Shown here piece by piece: positions 54,359-64,000 of a stretch of 64,000 nt of DNA. The DNA is from an uncultured Methanoregulaceae archaeon (GTDB lineage: Archaea; Halobacteriota; Methanomicrobia; Methanomicrobiales; Methanospirillaceae): contig CAWJAX010000003.1 of assembly GCA_963841015.1 (NCBI GenBank), positions 384,001 through 448,000 of the forward strand, in the 5' to 3' direction. The notes under the pieces are model-generated. The model saw only the letters and a list, made by a program, of their open reading frames with translations, made no database searches and had not been told where the DNA came from. How positions within the stretch are numbered: the first letter of the stretch is position 1; each line of letters opens with the position of its first letter. The translations under genes and the position numbers were made by a program.

Positions 54359-55462
54359 TCAGCCCTTGGGGGTTATATCCCCGATATACCCCCTTATTGC
54401 AGTCCGGGTCGTGCTGTCAAGGATGACCGAGAAGTCAAGGTCCACAACAAAGACCGGAAAAAAACCATTCAGGGTATTTCGCTTTATTGTGTAGATCTTG
54501 GTTTCAAGCAGCCGGGTTGTCGTTTCAGCGCGATTTTCAGGATTCGTGTTCCCGGATACGACTGTGTTCTGGAGGTCCAGAAGAACATTTTCTTTGTAAT
54601 CGAAGAGCCTGTCGGCCATTGTCCGGCTCGTGTTGCCGTGGATGTAACGGATAATGAAATACTGGCTGATGGCAAGGATAGCGAGGAGGGCTACGAGATT
54701 TCCCAGTTTTGTGAGTTGTGACTCGTCAAGAAACGCCTGGAGAGTAATTCCGGGCAGAAGAATAATCGTGGTCAAAAACAACACCAGAGCGACCAGAAAA
54801 CCGATGAGGAACATAATGGTTATAATACGGGAGGGAAGTTTTTCATGGATGAGCCTGCGTTTGACCTTCTCCACACTCTTCACATACTTCATGGAAAATG
54901 GCTCTAATTTCCATACCAGAAGATAAAACACAATAATTATCACACACTGGGAAATGACAATGATAGTGGTCCTTACCGGGAGTTCCATGGTGGTGTAAGC
55001 CCGGATCACATAGAGAATATCTATGGTGAATATCAGACTGATCCCAAGAGATAATGTCGAACTGTTGATGAAAAGGGAATTCATAAACAACTTCGTAAAC
55101 CGGGCTGTTCCCGATGTCAGCCCTATCTCTTTAAGCCAGCTCCGGAACCGGGAGATATCGGCTTTCGGGAGACCCGCATTTTTATTAAAATTTTGGGGTA
55201 TCAGAAGGGTGATGAAATAATACATGTTGAGATAGAAACTGGCGGCGATAAAAAGGTACAGATAGTCACGCCGGAGAAGGGAATAGGTTGCGTTAATGCC
55301 TACACACAGGCAAAGAATACCGATATGTATTCGGTAATTACCATGTTCTGCCATCAGCCCAGCACGGTTTTTCCGGACTGCAGACAGTTCGTCACTGATG
55401 ACCTGACTGAGGGGGATTTCTGACGGGGAGCCGGGTACAGCATCCGGAGGCGGAAGTGCCAT
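54359..55462 (-). CDS. hypothetical polytopic membrane protein
   Basis: About six hydrophobic segments; downstream of corA. Confidence 0.75.
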   Translation of the reverse strand: MALPPPDAVPGSPSEIPLSQVISDELSAVRKNRAGLMAEHGNYRIHIGILCLCVGINATYSLLRRDYLYLFIAASFYLNMYYFITLLIPQNFNKNAGLPKADISRFRSWLKEIGLTSGTARFTKLFMNSLFINSSTLSLGISLIFTIDILYVIRAYTTMELPVRTTIIVISQCVIIIVFYLLVWKLEPFSMKYVKSVEKVKRRLIHEKLPSRIITIMFLIGFLVALVLFLTTIILLPGITLQAFLDESQLTKLGNLVALLAILAISQYFIIRYIHGNTSRTMADRLFDYKENVLLDLQNTVVSGNTNPENRAETTTRLLETKIYTIKRNTLNGFFPVFVVDLDFSVILDSTTRTAIRGYIGDITPKG

Positions 55463-55525
55463 TTTGTAGTGCGTGGGGTTTACAACTATAAATATCGTAG
55501 TAAACACCTGCTATCGGGAGAATTT

Positions 55526-56479
55526 TTAAAATATTTTTTTCTTCCACATCAGCAGGCCCATCACGACTGAAATGAGGACAGATAAAGCAAAGATCATTTC
55601 AAAAGCAAGCGGTTTGTCGGATAAGGGAAGATTCAGCACATTCATACCGTAAAAACTTGCAATCATGGTCGGCACCGCGATGATGATCGTTACCGACGCT
55701 AAAAATTTCATCACAATGTTGAGGTTATTTGAGATAATGGTGGCAAAAGCCTGGGTCATCCCGTTCAGGATATGCAGGTAGATCTGGGACATCTCCATAG
55801 CCTGTTTGTTCTCGATGATGACGTCTTCTAAAAATTCAGCATCCTCCTCGTACATCTTCAGCGGTTTTGAGCGCAGGATCCGTTCAAGAACGGCCTCGTT
55901 GCTTTTGAGCGATGTTGAGAAATAGATCAGGCTCTTTTCAAGTTCCATCATCTTGAAAAGTTCAACATTCTTCATGGAGCGGTGAAGTTCAACTTCAATC
56001 CGGGAGATCGATCGTTCAATCTGGCGCAGGTGGCTGAGATAGTCCGATGCATTGCGGTAGAAGATCTGAAACATGAACCGGGTTCGTTTTGCAGTCGTAA
56101 AATGCCGCACTTTCCCGGCAACAAAATCATCCAGGACCTGCGACTTGCGGCTGCAGACCGTGACCAGATAATCTTTGGCGATGATGATTCCCAGCGGATG
56201 CGTGGTTAAGGTCTTGATCTCTTCAAATTCGGTCATCACCGGAATATCCATGACAATCAGGACGACATCATCTTCCGCATCAATGCGGGGACGTTCCTCT
56301 TCATCAAGGGCTGCTTTTAAAAATTCATGGGGGATAATGCATTTCTCTGCAACAATCGCAAGTTCGGTTTCTGTCGGTTCGTACAACCGTATCCATGCAT
56401 TCTCGCAGATCTCGTCAATTTTTTCAGTGATGGACGGTTCCTGCTCTTTTTTTGTCTTAAAGATCTGCATCAAGGCCAA
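55526..56479 (-). CDS. corA: CorA family magnesium transporter
   Basis: ALDEEERPR, ISNNLNIVMK, YGMN signature. Confidence 0.93.
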   Translation of the reverse strand: MALMQIFKTKKEQEPSITEKIDEICENAWIRLYEPTETELAIVAEKCIIPHEFLKAALDEEERPRIDAEDDVVLIVMDIPVMTEFEEIKTLTTHPLGIIIAKDYLVTVCSRKSQVLDDFVAGKVRHFTTAKRTRFMFQIFYRNASDYLSHLRQIERSISRIEVELHRSMKNVELFKMMELEKSLIYFSTSLKSNEAVLERILRSKPLKMYEEDAEFLEDVIIENKQAMEMSQIYLHILNGMTQAFATIISNNLNIVMKFLASVTIIIAVPTMIASFYGMNVLNLPLSDKPLAFEMIFALSVLISVVMGLLMWKKKIF

Positions 56480-56724
56480 ATCCCTCCTGCATCAGTTTTT
56501 TTGGGGAAATTTCAAGCGGTACCTGTTGAAAATACCCTTCCTGTTCCAGTACTCATCATCTTTACGCTGGTAAAGATTAATTGTCACCGCCTTTATTTAT
56601 GAAGTACTGTTGACTTTTGTAAAATTGGATGAATCGTTTTTTTACAGGGGAACCTGTTCACAAAAAAACTCCGATCTCAGTCCACCAGGAACACGTGAAT
56701 TACTCCTGTATTTCCCCATCTCTT

Positions 56725-57675
56725 TTATTTTTTGTCATAGAATGTGCAAAACGACCCGCACCGTGTACACCCTTCGTTACATGGCTCAGTATGTATGCTA
56801 ATATTGGCCCGCGGAAACTCAGTTTTCAGGTCGGATTCAAGGTGATCGGAAAGATCATGGGACTGCAGCACAGAGACCGTGCCGGGCATAACAAGATGGA
56901 ACTCAATAAAGATTTCAGGACCGGATCGCCGTGTCTTCAGGTCATGAAATCCGGCATAACTCCCTGCATGATCGCAGATGATCTCCTGTATCCTCCGCTC
57001 ATCTGCCAGGGGGATGCTATGATCGATGAGATCCGAAAAAGAACGCCGGGTCAGATCATACGCGGCCTTCAGGATAACCAGGGCGACACCAATAGCGATA
57101 AGCGGATCCAGAAGAGTGATACCGGTCAAACGGATAAGAATGAGCCCGATGAAAACACCCAGTGAGGTATAGACATCCGTCCGCAGGTGCCATGCATCGC
57201 TTTCAAGTGCAATGGACTCGGACTGGTGAGCGACTTTCATAAGCCGCTCGGAAACAAACCAGTTCACCAGTGCAGAGATACCCATAACCGCGATACCGTA
57301 TATAAGCAGTTCCGGTTGCAGGAGCTCGGATGATTCTCCGAGCAGTTTTTGTGAAGCCTCCCAGATGATCAGGATCGCAGCAACGAAGATCAACAGAGCT
57401 TCTATCAATCCTGAAATATCCTCGAATTTCCCATGACCAAACGCATGATGGGCATCAGGGGGTTCGGCTGATTTCCGGACCGAGAAAAATGCAATAACTG
57501 CTGCGACAAGATCCATCGATGAATGGATTGCTTCTGAAATGATACTGACAGAACCTATCGCAAATCCGACAATAAATTTCATCAGGACAAGCCCGCTGTT
57601 GGAAATAACGGATAAACGTGCAGTTTTTTCCTTCAGCTGATCCAGCACGGCTTTATCCATGGGGGGATTATTCAT
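56725..57675 (-). CDS. cation diffusion facilitator (FieF-like) with Cys-rich tail
   Basis: HSSMD, H.FGHGK.E, ALESDAWHLRTD, HTEP, C-terminal CNEGCTRCGSFC. Confidence 0.92.
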   Translation of the reverse strand: MNNPPMDKAVLDQLKEKTARLSVISNSGLVLMKFIVGFAIGSVSIISEAIHSSMDLVAAVIAFFSVRKSAEPPDAHHAFGHGKFEDISGLIEALLIFVAAILIIWEASQKLLGESSELLQPELLIYGIAVMGISALVNWFVSERLMKVAHQSESIALESDAWHLRTDVYTSLGVFIGLILIRLTGITLLDPLIAIGVALVILKAAYDLTRRSFSDLIDHSIPLADERRIQEIICDHAGSYAGFHDLKTRRSGPEIFIEFHLVMPGTVSVLQSHDLSDHLESDLKTEFPRANISIHTEPCNEGCTRCGSFCTFYDKK

Positions 57676-57894
57676 GAAGTTCTCTGTACACATCGGTGGT
57701 TTTGTTCACATCAAGGTATTGAGGAATTATCCTCCTGAATATCAACTGACCTTGCTATGCACGGATCCTGAAGGGATTCTCCAAAGAATTTGATAATAAT
57801 CCAAAAAATGGATTCAAAAATCAATATAGTTAAATTAAACTGAATAAATTAAAAAAATAAAATTAATATACATGGAATAACTATTCAAATTGAT

Positions 57895-58140
57895 ATGCCC
57901 GGCACTTCGTCCTTTCGGTCATTTTTTACAAAAACTTCTGGCGGACAGAACGCAGGTGAGGTATCAGAAGATATTCGGGCGTTCAAACGAGCGAAGTTCT
58001 GGTTCTGGCCAATTGTTTTAAGCGTTACTATTTGTTTTGGGTTCTTTGCCGGAATACAGGGAGCATTTATTGGTTTTTTCTACGGACTTGTATGCGGGGG
58101 ATTTCTGCTCCATGAAAGTCTTCGGGTGAAAAAAAAGTGA
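57895..58140 (+). CDS. small two-TM hypothetical protein (paralog of 38277..38486)
   Basis: Shared WFWPIV...GFFYGLVC.GFLL.ESL; TATA-like ttaatata upstream. Confidence 0.7.
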   Translation: MPGTSSFRSFFTKTSGGQNAGEVSEDIRAFKRAKFWFWPIVLSVTICFGFFAGIQGAFIGFFYGLVCGGFLLHESLRVKKK

Positions 58141-58447
58141 CTCTGGAGAAACAGACATGAATCTATGAGGTTCATTCCCGAACCATGTAAATCGTAATAT
58201 ATTCAATGGAACCCCGCCTCAGGGCCTCTTTAGAGGCACAGCGGGCAGGGAATTTTGTCACCAATCCGCCGCGGGGGCGACCATCCGGGGGCGGCGGCGA
58301 TCATCATAAATAGAGACGTGTGAAAAAAATTCGTACCATAACGGAATAGTTCAATTTTCAGGGGAAATGCTCAATCACAAGCTCTATGCTCAAGAGGTTT
58401 CACCCCCCACCCCTGTGGTTCCCCGGTGCGATAAACTCCGAACAGGT
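58139..58447. mobile_element. composite MITE, family 1 (module B + truncated module A)
   Basis: Starts gactctggagaaacag; module B to ~58360, junction ttttcaggggaaatgctcaat, then module A up to gaacaggt. Confidence 0.75.
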
Positions 58448-58548
58448 TATCCTGGCTGGAGAGATGGGGCAAAGGCGATAAAGATTTATAACAGAATCTT
58501 GTACCTGGCTTCATTCAGAAAAGTCTGGATTCAAACTTTGCATCCAGA

Positions 58549-58633
58549 TGCGAGGGATGGGATTCGAACCCAAGAACTCCTACGAGACTAGGCCCTCAAC
58601 CTAGCGCCTTTGACCTGGCTTGGCTACCCTCGC
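58549..58633 (-). tRNA. tRNA-Leu(GAG)
   Basis: Minus strand GCGAGGG TAGCCAAGCCAGGTCAAAGGCG CTAGG TT GAG GG CCTAG, long variable arm, GGGTTCGAATCCC, CCCTCGC A; no intron; CCA not encoded. Confidence 0.96.
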
Positions 58634-58851
58634 TTTGTGCCATAACAAAGAGGTTGTCTATCTAATAAAATCTTATGCAAGTAAAATTCCCTGTTTTTTT
58701 AAAAAAATACCTTCACATTCTGAAAATATCAAAGTTCTTGTCTCACTTCAGGGTAATTCTGCATCCGGTTTGTTATTGAGTAATAACCCGTCTCTGATGG
58801 CGTCAGATCAGCATCGCTGTATATTTATATACGTCATACCCAGTGGTGAGT

Positions 58852-59352
58852 ATGTGGTCAGACATCATTCATGAGTTTTCTGACTCTCCTTCGCAGAGTC
58901 GTGTTGTACGGTTCTTACTTGAGAATGGTTTTGGTGTGACCGAAGACGGGCGGATCAGTTGTAATGGGATCGAGGTGCCGGCAACGGCGGTAGCAAAAGC
59001 AATCGGATCCGATCGCCGGGTCGTTGATTCTACAGCACATCGTATCCTGGAACGCCCGTTCCTCCGGGATATTTTTCTGAATATGCGGGCAACGCCGGAT
59101 CTTTCCAAAGTTGCAGAATCCCTTGGGTTCGTTGTCATCACCGTTCTGCCAAAAAATGCAAGTGAGCGGGGTATCGTCGGTGCAGTAGTCCATGTCCTTG
59201 CACTGCACGACGTCTCTATCCGGCAAATCTTTGTTACTGACCCGGAGTTTTCCGAGGAGCCCCGGCTCGTTATCATTGTCGAAGAGTCCCTGCCGGTAGG
59301 GGTCGTCGAACAGATCCGTGCGTTGCCACAAGTGAAACATGTCACTATCTAG
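58852..59352 (+). CDS. ACT-domain regulator of amino acid metabolism (COG2150-like)
   Basis: V.RFLLENG, GSDRRVV, GIVGAV...SIRQI...DPE. Confidence 0.85.
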   Translation: MWSDIIHEFSDSPSQSRVVRFLLENGFGVTEDGRISCNGIEVPATAVAKAIGSDRRVVDSTAHRILERPFLRDIFLNMRATPDLSKVAESLGFVVITVLPKNASERGIVGAVVHVLALHDVSIRQIFVTDPEFSEEPRLVIIVEESLPVGVVEQIRALPQVKHVTI

Positions 59353-59639
59353 GCAAGACCATCCTTAGAACAACAGATTTACCCCTCTCAAATACTATCA
59401 GCAAAAGTATTATCAGATCTGAACAGGATTATCCTGTATGCCTCAGAGAACCCTCACTGCATGGCTTTGCCTACCTGCCGTGAGGTCACCTCCGAAAAAG
59501 AACCGGATGAAAATTTTTCGGGAAATTCCTGAACATGACGACAGATCCGGTAAAAAATATTCCCGGTCCAAATAGAATGAGAGAGAAAAATTAGGACAAT
59601 CCGATATGATACTGTTTTTTAAGGTTTTTTATTGTACTT

Positions 59640-60164
59640 TCAGATGATTTTTCCGGCGGTTTTTTCGCTGCACAGCAACTCAACTTCCTGCGAAAGGAGA
59701 TATATCCGATGTCGTACCTTTCTTGGAAGGTGAATGGCAGACGCAATACTTTCATCAGCAGTCACTCGTTTTCTCCCTTCAATCAGGTTGTCAGCGTGGG
59801 TGACGATCTTCTCTTCTGTCGTCCGTGGCATACAATCGCGGGGAGATAACCTGAGTATTGTACATTCGTCAGCAGTAAGTCCTGCGCCTGTATGGCATTC
59901 CACAATACGTGCGACCTCCTCGCTGATGCCCTCTGCACGCAACAGGTCTGCTCCCAGCTGTGCATGCAGGATTGTGTGATTCGCCCCTCTCCCGATATCA
60001 TGGAGCATCGCACCTTCCCTTACCAGATCCACAGCAACAAGGGGATTGCGCTGCGCGTATTCCAGGGCAACATCACATACCGCCCGGCAGTGGGCCAGAA
60101 CCTTTTCGCTGCATCCTGCTTCACGCAGCAGCTGCTCAACGGTGTTTTCTGAACGGTCAGGCAT
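59640..60164 (-). CDS. HD-domain (HDIG, TIGR00295-like) protein
   Basis: HCRAV, LHDIGR, HAQLG, HTGAG, EEKIVTHADNL. Confidence 0.9.
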   Translation of the reverse strand: MPDRSENTVEQLLREAGCSEKVLAHCRAVCDVALEYAQRNPLVAVDLVREGAMLHDIGRGANHTILHAQLGADLLRAEGISEEVARIVECHTGAGLTADECTILRLSPRDCMPRTTEEKIVTHADNLIEGRKRVTADESIASAIHLPRKVRHRIYLLSQEVELLCSEKTAGKII

Positions 60165-60681
60165 GACCGAGTGATTTTTTAATATCGTCGATCCGGTGTT
60201 TGAGGGAGCGCAGGAGCATATCGTTGTCAAAATGGGTCACGGCTTTCTCGCAGCCCGGACAGTTGAAATCGCAGTTCATTGCCTGCGGGAAGGTAAAAAG
60301 CACCTGGCAGTCCTTGCAGATAAAGAAGTCATTTTCTTCTTCATACTTTTCACGCCGTTCGAGTTTTTCCAGGACGAGCTCCATGTCTTCCCGTATCGCA
60401 CTATAAATATGATCGGTACGCAGTTGCCAGAGATACGTGAGCCAGCCGGTCTCGTTGTTTTTAATGCGGTGATACTCGGCAAGCCGTTTTTCATACAGGG
60501 TATAGAGGGTATGCCTCACAGTATTCAGGTTGATACCAGTGCGGGCAGCAAGATCTTCATCGCTGTACTCACCTTCACGCGGGAACCTTTCGATAAGGTT
60601 GAGCCCTTCATCTTTTACCAACCGGTGGAGGTATGCACGTATAGCCGGATCATTCAGCAGGTCATCTATGGGATCCATCAC
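60157..60681 (-). CDS. tfe: transcription factor E (TFE alpha)
   Basis: DEDLA...LNTVRHTLY.L, GWLTYLW, zinc ribbon C..C...FNCPGC. Confidence 0.93.
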   Translation of the reverse strand: MMDPIDDLLNDPAIRAYLHRLVKDEGLNLIERFPREGEYSDEDLAARTGINLNTVRHTLYTLYEKRLAEYHRIKNNETGWLTYLWQLRTDHIYSAIREDMELVLEKLERREKYEEENDFFICKDCQVLFTFPQAMNCDFNCPGCEKAVTHFDNDMLLRSLKHRIDDIKKSLGHA

Positions 60682-61754
60682 CGTATGTATTGTCGGACGG
60701 TGCTAATATGCTTATCCAGCATACAAAATGCAGCCTCACGGGTCGGTCCCCAGCCATACACACTGACTAATGCCTGACCCGCTTCAAATGAGGATCCCGG
60801 CCACGGGATGTCAGCTACATACGATGCCAGATCTTTCAGATCTGAGGTAATAGTCAAATCCCTGTCGGCAAAGAGGATGCTGCGTACTGCAACCTGCCGC
60901 GGGGAGAGCATACCTGAAGGGAGTTTCCCGTCACAGGCATCGACATGATACTGGAAAAGATTACAGCCGTATGCCATTTCAACGGTATCGATCGTTCCCT
61001 GAAACCGGGGATTTACTTCTATTGCATACGCAGTGGTGCTGCCAAGAACAAAGTCAATCCCGATGGTGCCGAAGCACCCGCTTGCTGAAGCGATCTGTTC
61101 TGCCCGGGTAATCATTTCCTGGCAGAGCGGATGATCAAACGGAGTGACCGAACCACAGAACCCAAACTGGGATTCTCCTTGCTCCCGTAAAATCTGCTCG
61201 TTTGCAGTAATCGCCCGCGCCCTTGTACCATCGGCAACACAACAGACGCTTGCGGGAATACCCTCAACGATTTCCTGGCGGATAAAGGGTATGCCGGGAT
61301 TCAGGTTTTCCCATGCAGAAAGCCCGGCACTATCCCGCACGATCGCGTTCCGCCATCCTCCGGCTCCCCTCCGGGGTTTGATCATGGCAGGATAGTCCCC
61401 ATCATCCATGAGCCGGGGTACAGGAACGCCAAGGGATTCAAAAAAATGCTGGATATCCAGTTTATCTAAAAAACGGGCGACGTTGCCATGAGGAGTCCCG
61501 CAGAGCGGAAGGGGGATATAAAGATCTTCTGCACCTGAGGTGACAATTACGAAGTCAAAGGTATGACGCCGGCATATCTGGTGTACCGCATCAGGAAGAT
61601 CTGCAAGTTCTGAAAATTTTTCCCTGTCTGTTGTATACCAGGAAAGGTCCTGATCGCAGAAATGGTCAACGGCACAGACTTCATAGCCGGCACACGCTGC
61701 TGACTGTGCCACATGCCGGGTTGAAAATCCGGCGACCAGCACCCGGCCCTTCAC
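60678..61754 (-). CDS. ATP-grasp domain protein (COG2232-like)
   Basis: [30 protein letters not shown]. Confidence 0.88.
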   Translation of the reverse strand: MKGRVLVAGFSTRHVAQSAACAGYEVCAVDHFCDQDLSWYTTDREKFSELADLPDAVHQICRRHTFDFVIVTSGAEDLYIPLPLCGTPHGNVARFLDKLDIQHFFESLGVPVPRLMDDGDYPAMIKPRRGAGGWRNAIVRDSAGLSAWENLNPGIPFIRQEIVEGIPASVCCVADGTRARAITANEQILREQGESQFGFCGSVTPFDHPLCQEMITRAEQIASASGCFGTIGIDFVLGSTTAYAIEVNPRFQGTIDTVEMAYGCNLFQYHVDACDGKLPSGMLSPRQVAVRSILFADRDLTITSDLKDLASYVADIPWPGSSFEAGQALVSVYGWGPTREAAFCMLDKHISTVRQYIR

Positions 61755-62281
61755 ATTTCCTCCGTCTGTTTTCCTGCTATTGACGGGATAATACGAATCC
61801 GGGCACCGGGAAATTCATTCCTGAGTTCCTGCCCGGAAAAAAAATGATCGAGAAAAAGGGCAAGACTCGATATCTCGGAATGGGGTTGACCGGTAACAGC
61901 CACATTATAATCTGAAAGTCCATAGATCTCGCCAGGTACTTTCTCGGCACCAACAATAACGAGAATTTTTTCATGTTTCTGAATATCCCCTATCACATCG
62001 GGAAGGTTCAGGCCGTACATGGTAAGGTGAACGACCGTCCCCCCCTGTGCCTGCCACTCCCGTATGCAGGAGCGCCATTTCACCGTATCCTTACAGAAAA
62101 AGTCACCACCCCACCGGCTGACCACATCCTCAATACTCTGGACAACACCCTTATCAGCGGCAGCCAGGTACATCCCCTTTGCACCAAGAGCCCGGGCCGT
62201 TAAACCGACATGGGTTGTTACCCGCTGATCGCGTTCAGGGCGGTGGCCAACCCGGAGAATAATAACTTCGTTTCCCGGCAT
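61751..62281 (-). CDS. trm56: tRNA (cytidine(56)-2'-O)-methyltransferase
   Basis: [41 protein letters not shown]. Confidence 0.95.
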   Translation of the reverse strand: MPGNEVIILRVGHRPERDQRVTTHVGLTARALGAKGMYLAAADKGVVQSIEDVVSRWGGDFFCKDTVKWRSCIREWQAQGGTVVHLTMYGLNLPDVIGDIQKHEKILVIVGAEKVPGEIYGLSDYNVAVTGQPHSEISSLALFLDHFFSGQELRNEFPGARIRIIPSIAGKQTEEM

Positions 62282-62282
62282 G

Positions 62283-62555
62283 CTACCTTTTCCGCTCTTT
62301 AATCACACCATTTTCCAGGGTGTACGGGAGATCCCCGGAGTACTTAATCTGGCAGCGCAGGAGGGCTTCACCAAAGTTCAGAACGCGCAGTTTCCCGTCA
62401 GTCTGTTCGATCAGAAGATATCTCTCAAGACGCTTAAGCGATGCATCAACTACACAAGGGTCAAGCCCGCTTGCAGTGACCAGACCTTCCAGCGAAATAG
62501 AGGGTTCCCTGACAATGAGATGATAGATTGCCCAGTCCGTATCCTCTTCTTTCAC
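62283..62555 (-). CDS. small winged-HTH (MarR-like) protein
   Basis: DWAIYHLI...LVTASGL...V.ASL.RLE.YLLI pattern. Confidence 0.65.
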   Translation of the reverse strand: MKEEDTDWAIYHLIVREPSISLEGLVTASGLDPCVVDASLKRLERYLLIEQTDGKLRVLNFGEALLRCQIKYSGDLPYTLENGVIKERKR

Positions 62556-62660
62556 CTTTATTCATTCCTCATGGGGGTGAATAAGGGTTTTGTCCTGCTG
62601 CTCAAAAAGAAATGCTTCTTCACGAGCTTTTTTTTATGTCTTCGCAACAAATGACTGGCA

Positions 62661-63074
62661 ATGAATCCTGACGGATCCACAGTTCCTTATGCCACGCTGG
62701 TGGCCCTTGCTGACCATCTTTTTGAAGAATGCGAGGATGATGTCAAATGCCTTTCCCGCAGGATAGATGCACTCGATTCAAACCTGCGCCACGAATTGCT
62801 TGTCTCAGATCTGCTCAATGCATATCAGGTATTTTATTATTTTTTCCGCATTCTGCCTGATGAGCTGGTTGGAGAGCGGCTTGAACTCGAGCCTGCCTCG
62901 TCACTCACCAGAGGAATAAAAATTGATGAGGTTGAACTTCTGGACCTGGTCTTTTCGGTAAAAGATAATGAACCCGTAATCATGGTGTCAGATGGCGAAC
63001 ACCCGCTCGTGACCTTTACGGGGAAAACTGCCTATACCGATGGCCTGAAATATATCGAAAATCCCCCGTATTGA
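62661..63074 (+). CDS. hypothetical protein
   Basis: 137-aa acidic ORF (SDLLNAYQVFYYFF), divergent from the trm56 cluster. Confidence 0.7.
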   Translation: MNPDGSTVPYATLVALADHLFEECEDDVKCLSRRIDALDSNLRHELLVSDLLNAYQVFYYFFRILPDELVGERLELEPASSLTRGIKIDEVELLDLVFSVKDNEPVIMVSDGEHPLVTFTGKTAYTDGLKYIENPPY

Positions 63075-63156
63075 CACAATTATCGTCATGGACCTTCCAC
63101 CGATCCGGTTGCATGCGTGTCCAAAATTGGGGGAGGGGATAAAAAATATTTTTTTT

Positions 63157-63370
63157 TGCTCTGGAGAAAAAGCATGAACGCATAATGTTCAAACCAGAAC
63201 CAAAAAATTGCCTGACGATGGACACCCGTCTTTGGCCTCTCAAAAGGCACGGCGGACAGAGATTTTTTTAATCGTTCGTCACCAATCCGCTGCGGGGACG
63301 TCCTTTCGGTGGTGACGCCATCTATCACACGGTTTTTTAGCCGAAATTCACCTGAGAATATTTCATGGAC
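63157..63370. mobile_element. MITE family 1, degenerate module B
   Basis: Starts tgctctggagaa; ggcctctcaaaaggcacggcgg and ccaatccgctgcgggg match module B. Confidence 0.65.
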
Positions 63371-63532
63371 ATGACACATAAAAAAGCCTATATTCGCGTC
63401 AGTTAAATCTCTCTACTATTTCTGATAAAATTGAAAAATATCCAAAAAATAAACATAAAAAGTAATTATTTCATTTAATTTCATTTTGATTAATTACGCA
63501 AACTATATATATTATAAAAATAAAAGAAAAAT

Positions 63533-63718
63533 ATGCATGTGAATGTACCTTGTCCAAATCATGGATGCAGAAGGGGTAAAATTCATACAATTATTGGTTA
63601 TGATATTTTTTGGAATGATTGCCCGGTTTGCGGAGGATCGGGATTCATCAAAAGACAGGTTCCTGATTATATCACCGAACTTCAACATCAACGTCGAAAA
63701 TGTAAACGGTCTTTGTAA
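63533..63718 (+). CDS. small zinc-finger protein (DnaJ-like CxxCxGxG)
   Basis: CPNHGC...CPVCGGSG; TATA box at ~63503. Confidence 0.55.
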   Translation: MHVNVPCPNHGCRRGKIHTIIGYDIFWNDCPVCGGSGFIKRQVPDYITELQHQRRKCKRSL

Positions 63719-64000
63719 ATTTAGTACCTGAAATTCTCTTTTTATCAGAATGTTCTGTTGCATGCATATTCGTATTCGTTTGGTAGATCGCAAGGGGACT
63801 ACATTCCTTTGTGGCAAGTGAAAAAAAGTTATTTTATATACCTGCTGAATTTAGGGTGAAATACATGATTGAATGATATACAGATAATATAACCCACTCT
63901 AATCAGGTAACATAATGGTATTTTTTGGGTAAAATCTCCCATATACGCATTTTGTCAGCATTTCTTGTAATCTCCGCATTGTTTTATCGTTACTAATTGT

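Noticed and set aside
56480-56720. Metal-sensing riboswitch upstream of corA
   Set aside because: No recognisable M-box or fluoride riboswitch consensus; an Rfam scan would be needed
58139-58633. tRNA-Leu as attachment site of an integrated element
   Set aside because: No duplicated tRNA 3' end or integrase seen; flanks are ordinary genes plus a MITE
59453-59487. Hairpin cctcac...gtgagg as ncRNA
   Set aside because: Short single stem with no other support
22037-63370. Repeats as a CRISPR array or integron cassette array
   Set aside because: Copies are dispersed, 200-500 bp long and irregularly spaced; no cas or integrase gene

Overview
Archaeal chromosomal window from a Methanomicrobiales methanogen (Methanoregula-like by protein content). 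It contains: (i) housekeeping genes (hom plus ACT regulator, IMPase/FBPase plus NAD kinase, eIF5A); (ii) a ~26 kb archaellum-chemotaxis region (arlB, ArlCDE-like, arlG/F/H/I/J, cheF/Y/B/A/C/D, then parA-like, two soluble PAS chemoreceptors, cheW, cheR), with an AbiTii/HEPN-like gene inserted antisense after arlB; (iii) an accessory surface islet with a second archaellin; (iv) a ribosome rescue cluster (ABCE1, EMC6-like, RqcH, Pelota); (v) transporters (MscL, HAE3-RND, DedA, CorA, CDF), tRNA-Leu(GAG) and the trm56-ATP-grasp-tfe-HD cluster. The main unexplained structure is a dense population of non-coding mobile elements. One is a modular MITE family with GGCTCTGGAGAA-type terminal inverted repeats, whose ~200-250 bp modules (A, B, C) occur alone or joined in different combinations. 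A second MITE family and an IS1595-like transposase zinc-ribbon remnant are also present. Nine ORFs are each broken by one extra base, which looks like a sequencing/assembly artefact. All family assignments are by motif recognition; no searches were run.
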